Assembly (NCBI GenBank): GCA_964016885.1
Contig: OZ024742.1
Span: 53,010,001-53,074,000 of the forward strand
Reading direction: 5' to 3'
DNA length: 64,000 nt
Origin: Eledone cirrhosa
Lineage: Eukaryota
The notes below the pieces were generated by a model. The model searched no databases and was not told the origin of the DNA. It saw nothing but the letters and a program-made list of their open reading frames with translations. A program made the position numbers and the translations under genes. Position 1 is the stretch's first letter, and each line of letters opens with the position of its first letter. Of the stretch, positions 1 through 14,449 are shown piece after piece.

Positions 1-4
1 GTAT

Positions 5-74
<70 letters not shown>

Positions 75-254
75 CTGCGATGAATTAGTATAACAATATA
101 TATATATATATATAATGAGCAAAGATTAATATGGTTCGTTGACTCAACGAATACAATATTACAATAGATTAGAAGCACTCAACAAAGGATTTTAGTGGAG
201 TTTTTAATATTATTCAAAATGTATATATATATATATATATATATATATCTTAAT

Positions 255-1632
<1,378 letters not shown>

Positions 1633-1719
1633 TATATATGTGAATGGAGGGGGGGGGGGGGTATTTGCATGTTTATGTGTAATTGTATATATGTGTGTTT
1701 AGGTATGTATGAGTGTGGG

Positions 1720-1880
1720 GTAAAAGGAAAGTCGATTATACCAACACCACAAATTTTATCGACCCAGGCAGGATAAATGTCAAAGCTGACCTCCACAGGA
1801 TTTGAACTCAGAACGTAAAGAGCAAGTATAAATACTGCATAGCATTTTGTCTGACTCTCTACTGATTCTGCCAATCCACC
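1720..1880 (-). mobile_element. Diverged tRNA-SINE copy
   Basis: ttttatcgaccc...ggatttgaactcagaacgtaaag...ctgccaatccacc, reverse complement of the abundant SINE. Confidence 0.75.
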
Positions 1881-2679
1881 ACTCCACACAAAAATTCACA
1901 TATGTTAGGCTGTGCAGCTTTGAATGGTGCATTACAGTATGAAATTCTTTGTCCTTAAATCACTGGTTTATCCTTGCAGCTATATTAATAAGCCACTCTC
2001 GCGTGATCAGAGCATTGTAAACCACAAAAAATAAAACATTATGGGAAAAATAGACTTAAGATTTATCCAGTCTTGTGTGTTAAAGTAATTTTCTAGAATT
2101 TCTATTTTGACCAACAGCGGTAGTAGAATATGCCCTATCAATGGCCTTGGTTAACTTGTAATAACTGAGGATTTAATTGAAAACATGTTTTGATTTCCTA
2201 CAGTCGATCACATTTCTCCCCAATAGTATGGTGTTAAAGTATATTTTGGCTCAGAGATGTAATTGCCAGATATCAAATACTTAACTATATCTTGTAGACA
2301 AAGAGGATATCTAATATATCTTGGATATCTCTCAGCTCAGCTGTCAACGACATCGTTTGTCTGCGTAATTGAAAATAAACTAATGAACATGTCTAATGCT
2401 ACTTCTCTGACGATTTAATTCAGACCAACTAAATGAAAAATAAAAATATTCTGGGACACCAGACGCATAATAGATAACAGATAAGTGGCTGGAGACACAT
2501 TTAACACTTAAAATCTGAAGTACGATTGGATATGCGTTAAATGGAAAATAATATTATATGATATCGTGTATAATGTGGCCACCTTAACAAGTATGGGAAG
2601 TAACTCCAGGCAAGTTTTGTTCTGTGAGAAATTGTTCAGTAAAAATGCACAATCACGTCAACTGGGGTATTGGCTATTT

Positions 2680-2835
2680 GAGGGCGGTGGGTTAGTAGGA
2701 TCGTTAAAGCGTCGGACAAATGCTTTTCTCTTGCTCTTTACGTTCTGAGTTCCAATCCCGCTGAGGTCAACTTTGTCTTTCATTGTTCTGGGGTCAATGA
2801 AATAAAGTACTAGTGAAGTATTGAGGTCGATTTAA
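2680..2835 (+). mobile_element. Diverged tRNA-SINE copy
   Basis: gggcggtggg...ttctgagttccaatcccgctgaggtcaactttg...aaataaagtac. Confidence 0.75.
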
Positions 2836-2924
2836 ATAGAGTTTCCCTTGCCCCACGTTGCTGAAGGCGCGTGGCCATGTAGCTAGGATTACAATAATAA
2901 TGTCATGGATTCTATTCTTTGACC

Positions 2925-3125
2925 GAATTGTGTGTTGTGTTCTTGAATAAAACACTTTATTTCCAGTTCCCCAGTATATCATCTGAAAATGAGTACCAGC
3001 TGTAGCTGGGTTTGACCTTGCGATGGACTGGCCTCTTGTCCAGGATGCAGTCTTGCACTCTCAGTCGCTTAACGCCAATGAAAACTGAGATAAACACAGG
3101 AATGATGCTTCGGGCTTGAGACGGA
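2925..3125 (+). mobile_element. Second SINE family, central/3' part
   Basis: aaatgagtaccagc...gcgatggactggcctcttgtccagg...aaaactgagataa; a related copy is on the minus strand at ~63030-63260. Confidence 0.5.
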
Positions 3126-3559
3126 CTAATTTTTTTTAAGATATTGTTGGTCTTGTGCTTAAATTAGAAACCACTATAGTAGTAGCTATTAGATCGTTAA
3201 GTAAACAGATATGTATGTATATCCCTTGGTATTGAGAAAGAGAATTAATGAAAATATATATAATTTTTCTTAAATGCCATTAGCATAAGGATTAATGGCT
3301 AATTAAGGGAAAACATATTTAATGCTAATAACATTAAAAAGCCAAAGTAAGATCAGATGTGCGGTAAATGTAATCTAATTTTGTCAATATAGATGTGTTC
3401 CCCCGGGTGAGAAAGATATATAACAATTAAGTCCCCTTCCTCATCTTCCTCCTCCACCATAACAATAAGATAAACAAATTAAATGTAATTTACTTTAAAG
3501 AAATAATGTAATCAATTAAACAGGGGCTGCTTCAAGACACGTCTTTGTACAATATGTGA

Positions 3560-3870
3560 AACATTATCACCATCATCATTATCATCATCTCAAATATCTT
3601 CAACAGTATCAACATCGACATCATTGTTAGCATCATCTACATCACTATCACCTTCAATAACAACATTCCCCTCATCACCATCACCATCCCCATCATCATC
3701 GTCATCGTCATTCTCATTATCATCATAAATATCAGAATCGTCAGCATCATCATCATCCTCCTTTTCATTATCATCATTATCATCATCAACCTCAACATCA
3801 TCATTATCATCATTATCAACATCAACATTATCATCATCATTATCATTATGATCATCATCAACAACAACAA
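3560..3870. repeat. Degenerate (CAT)n low-complexity tract
   Basis: Direct observation. Confidence 0.9.
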
Positions 3871-4204
3871 GAATATGGCTGGTTGTTTATATTTCTGCTT
3901 TCTCTCCTGGTCTATTTCTTACATGACAACGATACTATGCTACTTACAGCATAATGTATTCAATATTTTAGTCTCATTGTTTAAAAATATTCAAATTGGA
4001 AACCAGCAGCTGAAGAAATCTCTAAAATGTCATTCAAAGAAATATGACATCAAGATTTAATAAGTAATAAATTGCATATCTTTGGATTCATAAAATTAGA
4101 TATCCATTATTTTTCTCATCCTAGGTTTTTATTTGCTTGTAATTTGCCCCTGGTGATACAAACATCGTACACTCACCCATCCAGCTCTAAATAATGTTTT
4201 ATAA

Positions 4205-4625
4205 TTTTAGAACAAGGTCAGAAATTATGAGGGAAAATCGATTATATCGTTATCAGTAATTGTTTGGCATTTTATTTGAAACCTCCATCCCCAGAAGGAT
4301 AAAAGGCAAAGTCGACATCAGCGGAATTTGAACTCAGAATGTATAGAACCAAAACAAATACTGCAAAATATTTTTCCGGTGCTCTACCGATTCTGTCAAT
4401 CCACTGCCCTTCTGATTTCTAATTTAGTTACAAAGCCAGCAATGTCTGGGGTGAAAGAGGAAATCAATTAAATCAACTCAAGTACTTGACTGATATCTTT
4501 GTTTTATTGACCTCGAAAGTATGAAAAGCAAAGTTGAACTTGTCAGCTGTTGAACATAGAACATAAAGAGCCGAAACAAATACTGCAAAATGTTTGTCTG
4601 CGGTTCTGATGATTTTACCAGTATG
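4205..4625 (-). mobile_element. Two tandem, old tRNA-SINE copies
   Basis: aaaggcaaagtcgacatcagcggaatttgaactcag (4302-4340); second degenerate copy at 4420-4620. Confidence 0.65.
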
Positions 4626-5185
4626 TTACCATCTAAAATTTCAGTTTTCAATGTTCATTCCTTCAGCCCTGACCAGAATTAAACCCGGCCCTGGACTGTT
4701 ATTCCCTCAACATATCTTACTACTAGACCATTGAGACCGCCTCCTATTCTAGAAAATAGATTAGGAGAGATGCCCTAGGTGAGTGTGTATCCGTGAAACA
4801 TATACACCAGATCGAAACACAAAGGAACCAATCTCCCACTGTCACTGCCTCCGTCTCTCCTGCTCGCCCCATCTCCCTATTATGAGCAAATAGGAGCCCA
4901 CGCGCAGGCCGCCCGGTGGCTCTGGCGGACAGAATAGAGAAGGCGTTTCCCCGGAGGATAGTAAAGGAGACGCGCTGGAAGATCTATCCAGCTAGCACGG
5001 CTCATACCTCCGGGTAGCCAACTATGTGCCGATGGTGGTGAATGGCCCTAGGATCCAAGACACTAGAAGTCTCCATTGAATCAATCATATGGATGAAGTT
5101 ATATTACACCAATGTGTCTTAAGCCAAATCATATGACTTTCGCTGACTCAACCCTGATAGTTGTTAAGAGGTTCTTGAGAAAATA

Positions 5186-5358
5186 CAGAGTGGTCCGAAA
5201 CTTTCATTATTTTTGGTTTTAATAATATAATACATAATATCATTAATTATAATATATAATAATTTTAATCGTTTAAGCCAATATTCGTCAACGAACTAAG
5301 CGATAACGACGTGGACAAAATGCGTGGTAGGGGGTGACAAGACTTTCGGACCACCTTG
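5186..5358. mobile_element. Tc1/mariner-type MITE
   Basis: TIRs cagagtggtccgaaa / tttcggaccaccttg with TA on both sides. Confidence 0.7.
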
Positions 5359-5732
5359 TACATTTCAGTAATGAAATTTGTGAAAACACTGGGAAAACTA
5401 GCGAATATTTTCATTAGTTTTTTTTTATGTTGTCTTCAAATACTCCAATAAATATTGTTTAGAGCTAGGTGTGTGCGGGGGTAGGGGTAGCCATGATGAC
5501 TGTCCGATATCTTTGACACGTATCACATCTACAGGTGAAACGTCAAAGTTACTAACAACATTTTCCTAAAAATAAATGTTTTGAGTGATTATTTTTCAGT
5601 TAATATTCCAGTCTTTATATATGGTTATACAGAAACCACTCATTAATGTGTATGTGTCTGCATTATCTCTCTATCCCTCTAAGTATATGTGTGTATATGT
5701 GTGAATGTGTGTGTATGTGTGTGTGTATATGA

Positions 5733-5770
<38 letters not shown>

Positions 5771-6047
5771 GTGTGTGTGTGTGTGTTGATATTGAAGTGC
5801 TAAAATTTCATTGTGACAGCAAATCCGAAAAATAATTTTTTTTGTAAACACAACGTGCAAGTAAATATTTTGGATAATCTACAGTCATAAAGAAAAAAGT
5901 CTTACTTTCTATGCGCAGACGCAAAAATATTGTCTGGATATGGTTATCTACATTATACAGCGCATGCTCGTAAATGTCGCAATGACTGCATTACTTGCAA
6001 TAGCAACAATACTTACATAATGACAGAAACAGCAACTACTAATCATA

Positions 6048-6267
6048 ATTGTTTCTACTTTAGGCACAAGGCCAGCAATTTTGAGGGAGGGGAAAGTCGA
6101 TTAAATCGACCCCCAGTGTATTACTGGTGCTTTATTTTATCGACCCCGTAAGGATGAAAGGCATAGCTAACGTCGGCGGGATTTGAACTCAGAACGTAAA
6201 AAGCCATAACTCTATGCTACAAAGCATGGTGTCTGACGCTCTACCGATACTGCCAATCCACCGCCCT
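6048..6267 (-). mobile_element. tRNA-SINE, full copy
   Basis: Reverse complement of the A-box/B-box head, central domain and gtagaaacaa tail. Confidence 0.9.
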
Positions 6268-6572
6268 TAACCCAATAATAATAATATCATACTATCATTT
6301 TATTACCAAACCACTACTTTTTATGTTTTGACAGACATTTTCTTAATCAATACTTCGTACGAAACCAAGGCACATAATTATAACAGAAATTCTTATCACC
6401 GAACTACTTTCTTCTGCAGAACATGGCAGTTATTAACTATTCTAGTCATAATGCTGTCTTTTGAGGTCTCTGGGTGAGACTTGGAGTCAGCTCATACAAA
6501 CATATAATAGCAATTATTATTACACACTTCCTATATACTCAAATTCAAGTAATATTATATTATATTATATAA

Positions 6573-6760
6573 GGGCGGTGAATTGGCATTATCGGTAGAG
6601 GGTCGGATGCCATGCTTTGATGCATAGAGTTACGGCCTTTGCCATTCTGAGTTCAAATCCCGTCGAGGTTAACTTTACCTTTCATCCTTACGGGGTCGAT
6701 AAAATAAAGTACCAGTAATCTACTGGGTAATTGCTGACCTTGTGCCAAAAGTAGAAACAA
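6573..6760 (+). mobile_element. tRNA-SINE (~190 bp; MetaSINE-like central domain)
   Basis: A-box tggcattatcgg, B-box gagttcaaatcc, central cctttcatccttacggggtcgataaaataaagtaccag, 3' gtagaaacaa followed by (ttata)n. Confidence 0.92.
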
Positions 6761-7128
6761 TTATATTATATTATATCATATTATATTATACTAGCAGTTT
6801 AGCCTGGCGTTGCTCGGGTTTGTTCATTTGCTATGAAAAGTTACATACAGTTACATAAAAGTTACATAAACGTGGCTTGAAAGCGAAGAAGCTTATCAAT
6901 TAAGTGCATAAAGCAGTTGAACCGGTTATTAAAAGTTACGAACCAATTAGCATTTTGGACAATCAATGATGGATTAATAATCTTCCAATAGCGAATTTAG
7001 CAGACCAAAGTTGCAAGATGGTGGCCCTGATGCCGCTGGGTGTCAGATCTGTCTGCTATGGGTGACTCTACCAGGAAATAGTTTTCCAGACGGCATAGCT
7101 CCAACACCTCCAACACCTACAACACCAT

Positions 7129-7400
7129 CTATAGTACCTCTTTGTAGACGATATTGCGTGTCATCCCTTGAGGAGTGTAAGCAAATAGTCCATTCCTGCT
7201 CCCTACGCGGGAACAGGCAACATAAAGTTGGCCATGGGAGAAGCATGACTCCCCCAAATGGATGCCCGCCACCGACAATGTTTGCCCTTGTGACTTGTTA
7301 ATGGACATGGCAAAACATGGTCTCACTGGGAATTGGGATCGCCGGAAATCGAACGAGATATCTGACGCTGAGGGGAAAAGTTTCATCCTTGGCAGTGTAT
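7129..7400 (-). pseudogene. Helitron PIF1-family helicase C-terminal fragment
   Basis: QFPVRPCFAMSINKSQGQTL...FSHGQLYVACSRV (SF1B motifs V/VI). Confidence 0.92.
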
Positions 7401-7619
7401 TCGGCAGAATTGCCAGAAGTACAACTCTATGGGTGTTGTCATATTAATATTTAAGCAACGAAAGTCGTAAAAAATAAATAATTTAAACATTCCGATTCAA
7501 ATGTCTATAGCATTAATCTGTTATATGAAGTGTTATTTTGCGGGTTGTTATTTGCAATAAGCCGATTTAAAATACCCCGAAAAGCCGTATGTCAATACGG
7601 AACTCCAATGACTCCCCCA

Positions 7620-8068
7620 GCAGTTAAATTATAGAGAGGGGGAATAATCTATTATAGAGAGAGGGAAGAGCGACGGAGAGAGTAAAGCTAAGAAACTATA
7701 GGGAGGTGTTTAAAACAGTGTTATCATATAGAGAGTGAAGAGCGACAGAGAGAGTAAAGCAGTTAAATTATAGAGAGGGGGAATGATCTACTATAGAGAG
7801 AGGGAAGAGCGACGGAGAGATTAAAGCTAAGAAACTATAGGGAGGTGTGTTAAACCTCAAAGAATGAAGAGAGTAAAGCAGTTAAATTATAGAGAGGGGG
7901 AATGATCTATTATAGAGAGAGGGAAGAGCGACGGAGACAGTAAAGCTAAGAAACTATAGGGAGGTGTGTTAAACCTCAAAGCACGAAGAGAGTAAAGCAT
8001 TTAAATTATAGAGAGGGGGAATAATCTATTATAGAGAGACTGAAGAGCGACGGAGAGAGTAAAGCTAT
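7620..8068. repeat. ~120-bp tandem repeat (~4 units) inside the Helitron
   Basis: Unit gcagttaaattatagagagggggaa...gagcgacggagagagtaaagcta recurs at ~7620, 7759, 7878 and 7997. Confidence 0.9.
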
Positions 8069-8471
8069 GTTTGTTGTTGTATAAATTGATGTGTTGCTTA
8101 GTTTTTAAAGTTTATGTCGCGTTCCTGAAGCATTTACCTTTTAAAGAGAGTTCCAGAAGAGATTGAGAGGGGAGTAGAGGGCGGGATGAACCTTTTAAAG
8201 AGAGTTGCAACATGTATGTAATTTCATAGATTGTTGAAGGTATTAGAGAGAGGGATTAAGCGTGTAAGAGAGAGGGTTACAGCATGCATTTTGTTTTATC
8301 GATATTTTTCATAGAAGCAGGAAATTTTGGCAAAGTGTATTACGCATTGACTATCGTTGGTAAATTTGGAGTACGTTGGAAAAAAATCTGTAGAGAAACG
8401 TAGAAATGCATGAAAATCATACACACACACAGACAGACATCTTCCGTTTTATATATAGAGAGATTATATTT

Positions 8472-8880
8472 ATTAGAAACGGTGGATTGGCAGTATCGGT
8501 AGAGGGTCGGACGTCATGCTTTGACGCATAGAGTTACGGCCCTTTACATTCTGAGTTCAAATCCCGCCGAGCTCAACTTTGCCTTTCATCCTTACGGGGT
8601 CGATAAAATAAAGTACCAGTAATGTACTGGGTATTTGCTGGCCTTGTGCCTAAAGTAGAAACAATTATATTATATTATATTATAACTGTAACGGCGGTGG
8701 ATTAGAAGTATCGGAAGAGGGTCGGACGCTAAGCTTTGACGCATAGAGTTACGGCCCTTGCCATTCTGGGTTTGAATCCCACCGGGGTTAACTTTGCCTT
8801 TTATCCTTACGGGGTCGATAAAATAAAGTACCAGTAATGCACTGGGATGATTGCTGGCCTTGTGGCAATAGTAGAAACAA
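8472..8880 (+). mobile_element. Two tandem tRNA-SINE copies (8472-8664, 8692-8880)
   Basis: Same consensus as 6573. Confidence 0.92.
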
Positions 8881-9725
8881 TTATAATATAATATAATATA
8901 ATATAATATAATATAATATAATATAATATAATATAATATAATATAATATAATATAATATAATATAATATAATATAATATAATATAATATAATATAATATA
9001 ATATAATATAATATAATATAATATAATATAATATAATATAATATAATATAATATAATATAATATAATATAATATAATATAATATAATATAATATAATATA
9101 ATATAATATAATATAATATAATATAATATAATATAATATAATATAATATAATATAATATAATATAATATATAATATAATATAATATAATATAATATAATA
9201 TAATATAATATAATATAATATAATATAATATAATATAATATAATATAATATAATATAATATAATATAATATAATATAATATAATATAATATAATATAATA
9301 TAATATAATATAATATAATATAATATAATATAATATAATATAATATAATATAATATAATATAATATAATATAATATAATATAATATAATATAATATAATA
9401 TAATATAATATAATATAATATAATATAATATAATATAATATAATATAATATAATATAATATAATATAATATAATATAATATAATATAATATAATATAATA
9501 TAATATAATATAATATAATATAATATAATATAATATAATATAATATAATATAATATAATATAATATAATATAATATAATATAATATAATATAATATAATA
9601 TAATATAATATAATATAATATAATATAATATAATATAATATAATATAATATAATATAATATAATATAATATAATATAATATAATATAATATAATATAATA
9701 TAATATAATATAATATAATATAATA
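8881..9725. repeat. (AATAT)n pentanucleotide satellite, ~845 bp
   Basis: Direct observation; nearly perfect. Confidence 0.98.
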
Positions 9726-10408
9726 CGGCGCGGTGGATTGGCAGTATCGGTAGAGGGTCGGACGCCATGCTTTCCAGCATAGTTAAGTCCCTTTACGATC
9801 TGAATTCAAATCCCGCCGAGGTTGACTTTGCCTTTCATCCTTACGGGATCGATAAAATATAATACCAGTAATGCACTGGGTAATTGATTGTGCCTAAAGT
9901 AGAAACAATTATATTTTATTATATTATATTGTATTATATTATATTAATTATCTTAATTATATTATATTATATCATATTATATTATATTAATTATATTAAA
10001 TATATTAATTATATTAATTATATCATATTATATTATATTAATTATATTAATTATGTTATATAATATTATACAATTATATTATATTATATTATGTTATATT
10101 ATATAATATTAATTATATTAATTATATTAATTATATTATATAATATTATATTAAATTATATTATATTATATGATATTAATTATATTAATTATATTATATT
10201 ATATTATATTATATTATATTATATTATATTATATAGGCGGTGGATTGGCAGAATTGGTAGAGAGGCGGACATGCTTTTAAGCATAGTTAAGTCCCTTTAC
10301 GATCTGAGTTCAAATCCCGCCGAGATTAACTCTGCCTTTCATCCTTACAAGGTCGATAAAATAAAGTACCAGTAATGTTCTGGTTAATTGCCAAAAGTAT
10401 AAACAATT
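9726..10408 (+). mobile_element. Two tRNA-SINE copies (9726-9908, 10235-10408) separated by (ATATT)n
   Basis: Consensus match. Confidence 0.9.
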
Positions 10409-10711
10409 ATATTAATTATGTTAATTATATTATATTAAACGGAAAAAATGAAACGAAATTTCATTTCCCACTCTTAGCATGGCTGTTACTTAAATATAAG
10501 TATGTACACGTACATACATATATGTATACAGACGTACAGTAGTATGTATGTATATATATATATATATACATGCATGCACACATATATATATGTACGTATG
10601 GATTCACCGAACATTTATTATAATGCTCGGTGTGTTTGTAAACAAACATCCCGTATTAAGCCGTAGTGTCCAGCAACCATCGTTGCTCGTTTGTTCAACA
10701 CTGACAAAGGA

Positions 10712-10754
10712 ACGCTGTACTAGTTTCAAGCTTATTAGCTATCGTCAGCAACGT
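10712..10754 (-). ncRNA. Minimal type I hammerhead ribozyme (copy in the inverted arm)
   Basis: Reverse complement of the motif at 10859-10901. Confidence 0.75.
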
Positions 10755-10858
10755 ATACCTTCCTGCCAGATTGTTGAACTCGATATGCAAATTGGGCTAC
10801 TCAGCCGTTAATATGCATAAGGTAAGTATATACGTTCAACAATCTGGCAGGAAGGTAT

Positions 10859-10901
10859 ACGTTGCTGACGATAGCTAATAAGCTTGAAACTAGTACAGCG
10901 T
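10859..10901 (+). ncRNA. Minimal type I hammerhead ribozyme
   Basis: Stem I ACGUUG/CAGCGU; core CUGACGA; stem II U-AGCU-aaua-AGCU-U; GAAA; palindromic stem III ACUAGU; cleavage triplet GUA. Confidence 0.8.
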
Positions 10902-11280
10902 TCCTTTGTCAGTGTTGAACAAACGAGCAACGATGGTTGCTGGACACTACGGCTTAATACGGGATGTTTGTTTACAAACACACCGAGCATTATAATAAAT
11001 GTTCGGTGAATCCATACGTACATATATATATGTGTGCATGTATGTATATATATATATACATACTACTGTACGTCTGTATACATATATGTATGTACGTGTA
11101 CATACTTATATTTAAGTAACAGCCGTACTAAGAGTGGGAAAGGAAATTTCGTTTCATTTTTTCCGTTTATCGTTTTCGGTGCACCCGGCCGATTAACCCA
11201 CACGATATGCAAATCGGGCTACTCAGCCGTTAATATGCATAAGGTAAGTATATACGTTCAACAATCTGGCAGGAAGGTAT

Positions 11281-11323
11281 ACGTTGCTGACGATAGCTAA
11301 TAAGCTTGAAACTAGTACAGCGT
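11281..11323 (+). ncRNA. Minimal type I hammerhead ribozyme (second tandem copy)
   Basis: Identical to 10859-10901. Confidence 0.8.
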
Positions 11324-11654
11324 TCCTTTGTCAGTGTTGAACAAACGAGCAACGATGGTTGCTGGACACTACGGCTTAATATGGGATGTTTGTTTACAAA
11401 CACACCGAGCATTATAATAAATGTTCCGTGAATCCATACGTACATATATATATGTGTGCATGTATGTATATATATATATATACATACTACTGTACGTCTG
11501 TAAACATATATGTATGTACGTGTACATACTTATATATTATATTATATTATATTATATTATATTATATTATAATATATTATATTGTATTATATTATATTAA
11601 TTATATTAATTATATTTATTATATTATATTATATTATATTATGTTATATTATAT

Positions 11655-12750
11655 TGGATTGGCAGTATCGGTAGAGGGTCGGACGCCATGCTTTGATGGA
11701 TAGTTAGGCCCTTGCCATTCTGAGTTCAAATCCCGCTGGGGTTAACTTTGCCTTTCATCCTTACCAGTTCGATAAAATAAAGTACCAGTAATGCACTGGG
11801 TGATTGTTGGCCTTGTGCCAAAAAGTACAAACAATTGTATTATATTATATTTTATTATATTAATTATATTATATTAATTATATCATATTAATTATATTAA
11901 TTATATTGTATTATATTATATTACATTAATTATATTAATTATATTATATTATATTAATTATATTAATTATATTATATTATATCATATCATATTGTATTAT
12001 ATTATATTAATTATATTAATTATATTATATATTATATTATATCATATTATATTGTATTATATTGAGGTTAACGTTGCCTTTCATCCTTACGGGGTAGATA
12101 AAATAAAGTACCAGTAATACACTGGGATAATTGCTGGCCTTATGCCAAAAGTAGAAACAATTATATTCAATTATATTATAATATATTATATTGTATTATA
12201 TTAAATTAATTATATTAATTATATTAATTATATTATAATATATTATATTATATTAATTATATTAATTATATTATGTTATATTATATTATATTATATTATA
12301 TTATATTAATTATATTAATTATATTAATCATATTAATTATATTATATTATATTATATTATATTTAATTTTATATTGATTTATATAGTAGATAATATAATA
12401 TAATATAATATGATATAATATAATATAATATAATATAATATAATTAATATGATTAATATAATTGATAGAATTAATATAATATAATATAATATAACATAAT
12501 ATAATTAATATAATTAATATAATATATGAAAGGCAAAGTTAACCTCGGCGGGATTTGACCTCAGAATGGCAAGGACCGTAACTCTATGCGTCAAAGCATG
12601 GCGTCCGATGCTTTAAAGCATAGAGTTACCTCCCTGTATGATCTGAGTTCCAATCCCGCCGAGGTTAACTTTGCCTTTCATCCTTACGATAAAATAAAGT
12701 ACCAGTAATGCACTGGGTAATTGCTGGCCTTGTGCCAAAAGTAGAAAGAA
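11655..12750 (+). mobile_element. SINE/(ATATT)n chain: copies at 11655-11833, 12063-12160 (partial) and a head-to-head pair at 12526-12750
   Basis: Consensus matches. Confidence 0.85.
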
Positions 12751-12772
12751 TTATATTATATTATATTAATTA

Positions 12773-13170
12773 CTAGCAGATTTACCCGGCTTTGCTCGGG
12801 GTTTGAAATTATGCTAAGAATATACAGCTATGAAGTAAAAGAAGAACATTATTTGTCCCCAACCTGTCAAAATAAGCAGAAGTCTTCAATAATTAATGCA
12901 AACAAATATATTTGGTGAAAAGGTTATCTGCCTTTTTTATAAGGATTGGCAATAAAGTTTGTTATCTCCCTTACATCAATTTTTCTACCAATAATTTTGA
13001 TATCGATTTTTTATTGCTCAACGTGGGTCGATTTGAAAAATGTTTGTGATGTGACAATCTTAGTGACCTTTGCAACGTGCACAGAAAATTTGGTCAAATT
13101 TAGTTGGTAATTGTGAAAGCCTTATGCATGCAAAGTTGTACACAGGCACACACACATCCTCGCTTTTATA
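12773..13170 (-). mobile_element. Short non-autonomous Helitron
   Basis: Plus strand a|ctagcagatttacccggctttgctcggg is the minus-strand 3' hairpin plus CTAG; opposite end ...cacacatcctcgcttttata. Confidence 0.75.
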
Positions 13171-13222
13171 CAAAAGTAGAAACAATTATATTATATTATA
13201 TTAATTATATTATATTGTATTA

Positions 13223-13710
13223 TGAGGTTGACTTTGCCTTTCATCCTTACGGGGTCGATAAAATAAAGTACCAGTAATGCACTGGGTAATTGCTGGCCTT
13301 GTGCCTAAAGTAGAAACAATTATATTATATTGTATTGTATTGTATTGTATTGTATTGTATTGTATTGTATTGTATTGTATTGTATTGTATTGTATTGTAT
13401 TGTATTGTATTGTATTGTATTGTATTATATTATATTATATTATATTATATTATATTATATTATATTATATTATATTATATTATATTATATTATATTATAT
13501 TATATTATATTATATTATATTATATTATATTATATTATATTATATTATATTATATTATATTATATTATATTATATTATATTATATTATATTATATTAGGG
13601 CGGCGGATTGGCAGTATCGTCAGAGGGTCGGACGCCATGCTTTGACGCATAGAGTTACGGTCCTTGCCATTCTGAGTTCAAATCCCGCCGAGGTTAACTT
13701 TGCCTTTCAT
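13223..13710 (+). mobile_element. SINE partial copies flanking a (TATTG)n/(TATTA)n tract (13321-13596)
   Basis: Consensus matches at 13223-13319 and 13597-13710. Confidence 0.85.
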
Positions 13711-13800
13711 ATATTATATATAGTTATATTAATTTTATCAATTATATTAATTATATTATATATTATATTATATTATATCATATTATATTATATTATATTA

Positions 13801-14396
13801 TCTACTATATAAATTGGAAGTGGTCGGACGTTGTATATTTAAGTAAGTAGGTGTAGTCGGATAAACGTCGAAATGGCTTGGTGAAATGCAGCGAAAATTT
13901 ACAGTTATGCAGAATGACCCGAAGAGGCGTTGGGTCGACTTTTAGGGTACAAGCTTCCATGGTTACGGAAAATCGATGAAACAGGAATTTCCCATTCAAA
14001 TTGAACTGAGAGTAATCTGTGAACGCAGAAGTCAATATCTAGAGAAACGTTCCAACCGAACGAAAACTGGAAGACGATATTTTGGTTCGTGAAGACGTTC
14101 CCTGGCAATGGACGGGGAAAAAAGCTATAATACGTCGTTATGTGGAGCGAGAACAATTTCATGCAACGACAAGACCAAGTTTATGGTATAATTGGAGTCG
14201 TTAGACTAATATTCTATTTAACATAACAGAATGATTTCCAGCCCCGTAGTTTAAGAATGATGTAAAAAAATTTGAAAACTAAAATGACAGGGGTTATTAA
14301 AATAGTAAAAGTAAATAGTGAAGGTTTAGGCCAGTACATACGTATGCCCCGACGGACATACACATACATACGCACACACAAATACATACACACCCA

Positions 14397-14449
<53 letters not shown>

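Larger units (their letters stand above)
6791..8463 (-). mobile_element. Non-autonomous Helitron with PIF1 helicase remnant
   Basis: Minus strand begins TCTCTCTATATATAAAA and ends cccgagcaacgccagg...CTAG; inserted between A and T; contains helicase fragment. Confidence 0.9.
10437..11532 (+). mobile_element. Hammerhead-bearing repeat: one inverted partial copy plus two tandem copies (Penelope pLTR / retrozyme-like)
   Basis: 10437-10778 is the reverse complement of ~10835-11167; ~10781-11202 is repeated at 11203-11532 (422-bp period). Confidence 0.8.

Noticed and set aside
8881-9780. 299-aa ORF (YYIIL)n and similar ORFs (CVCV, HTHT, MYVC, RERE)
   Set aside because: Translations of microsatellites with no coding signal
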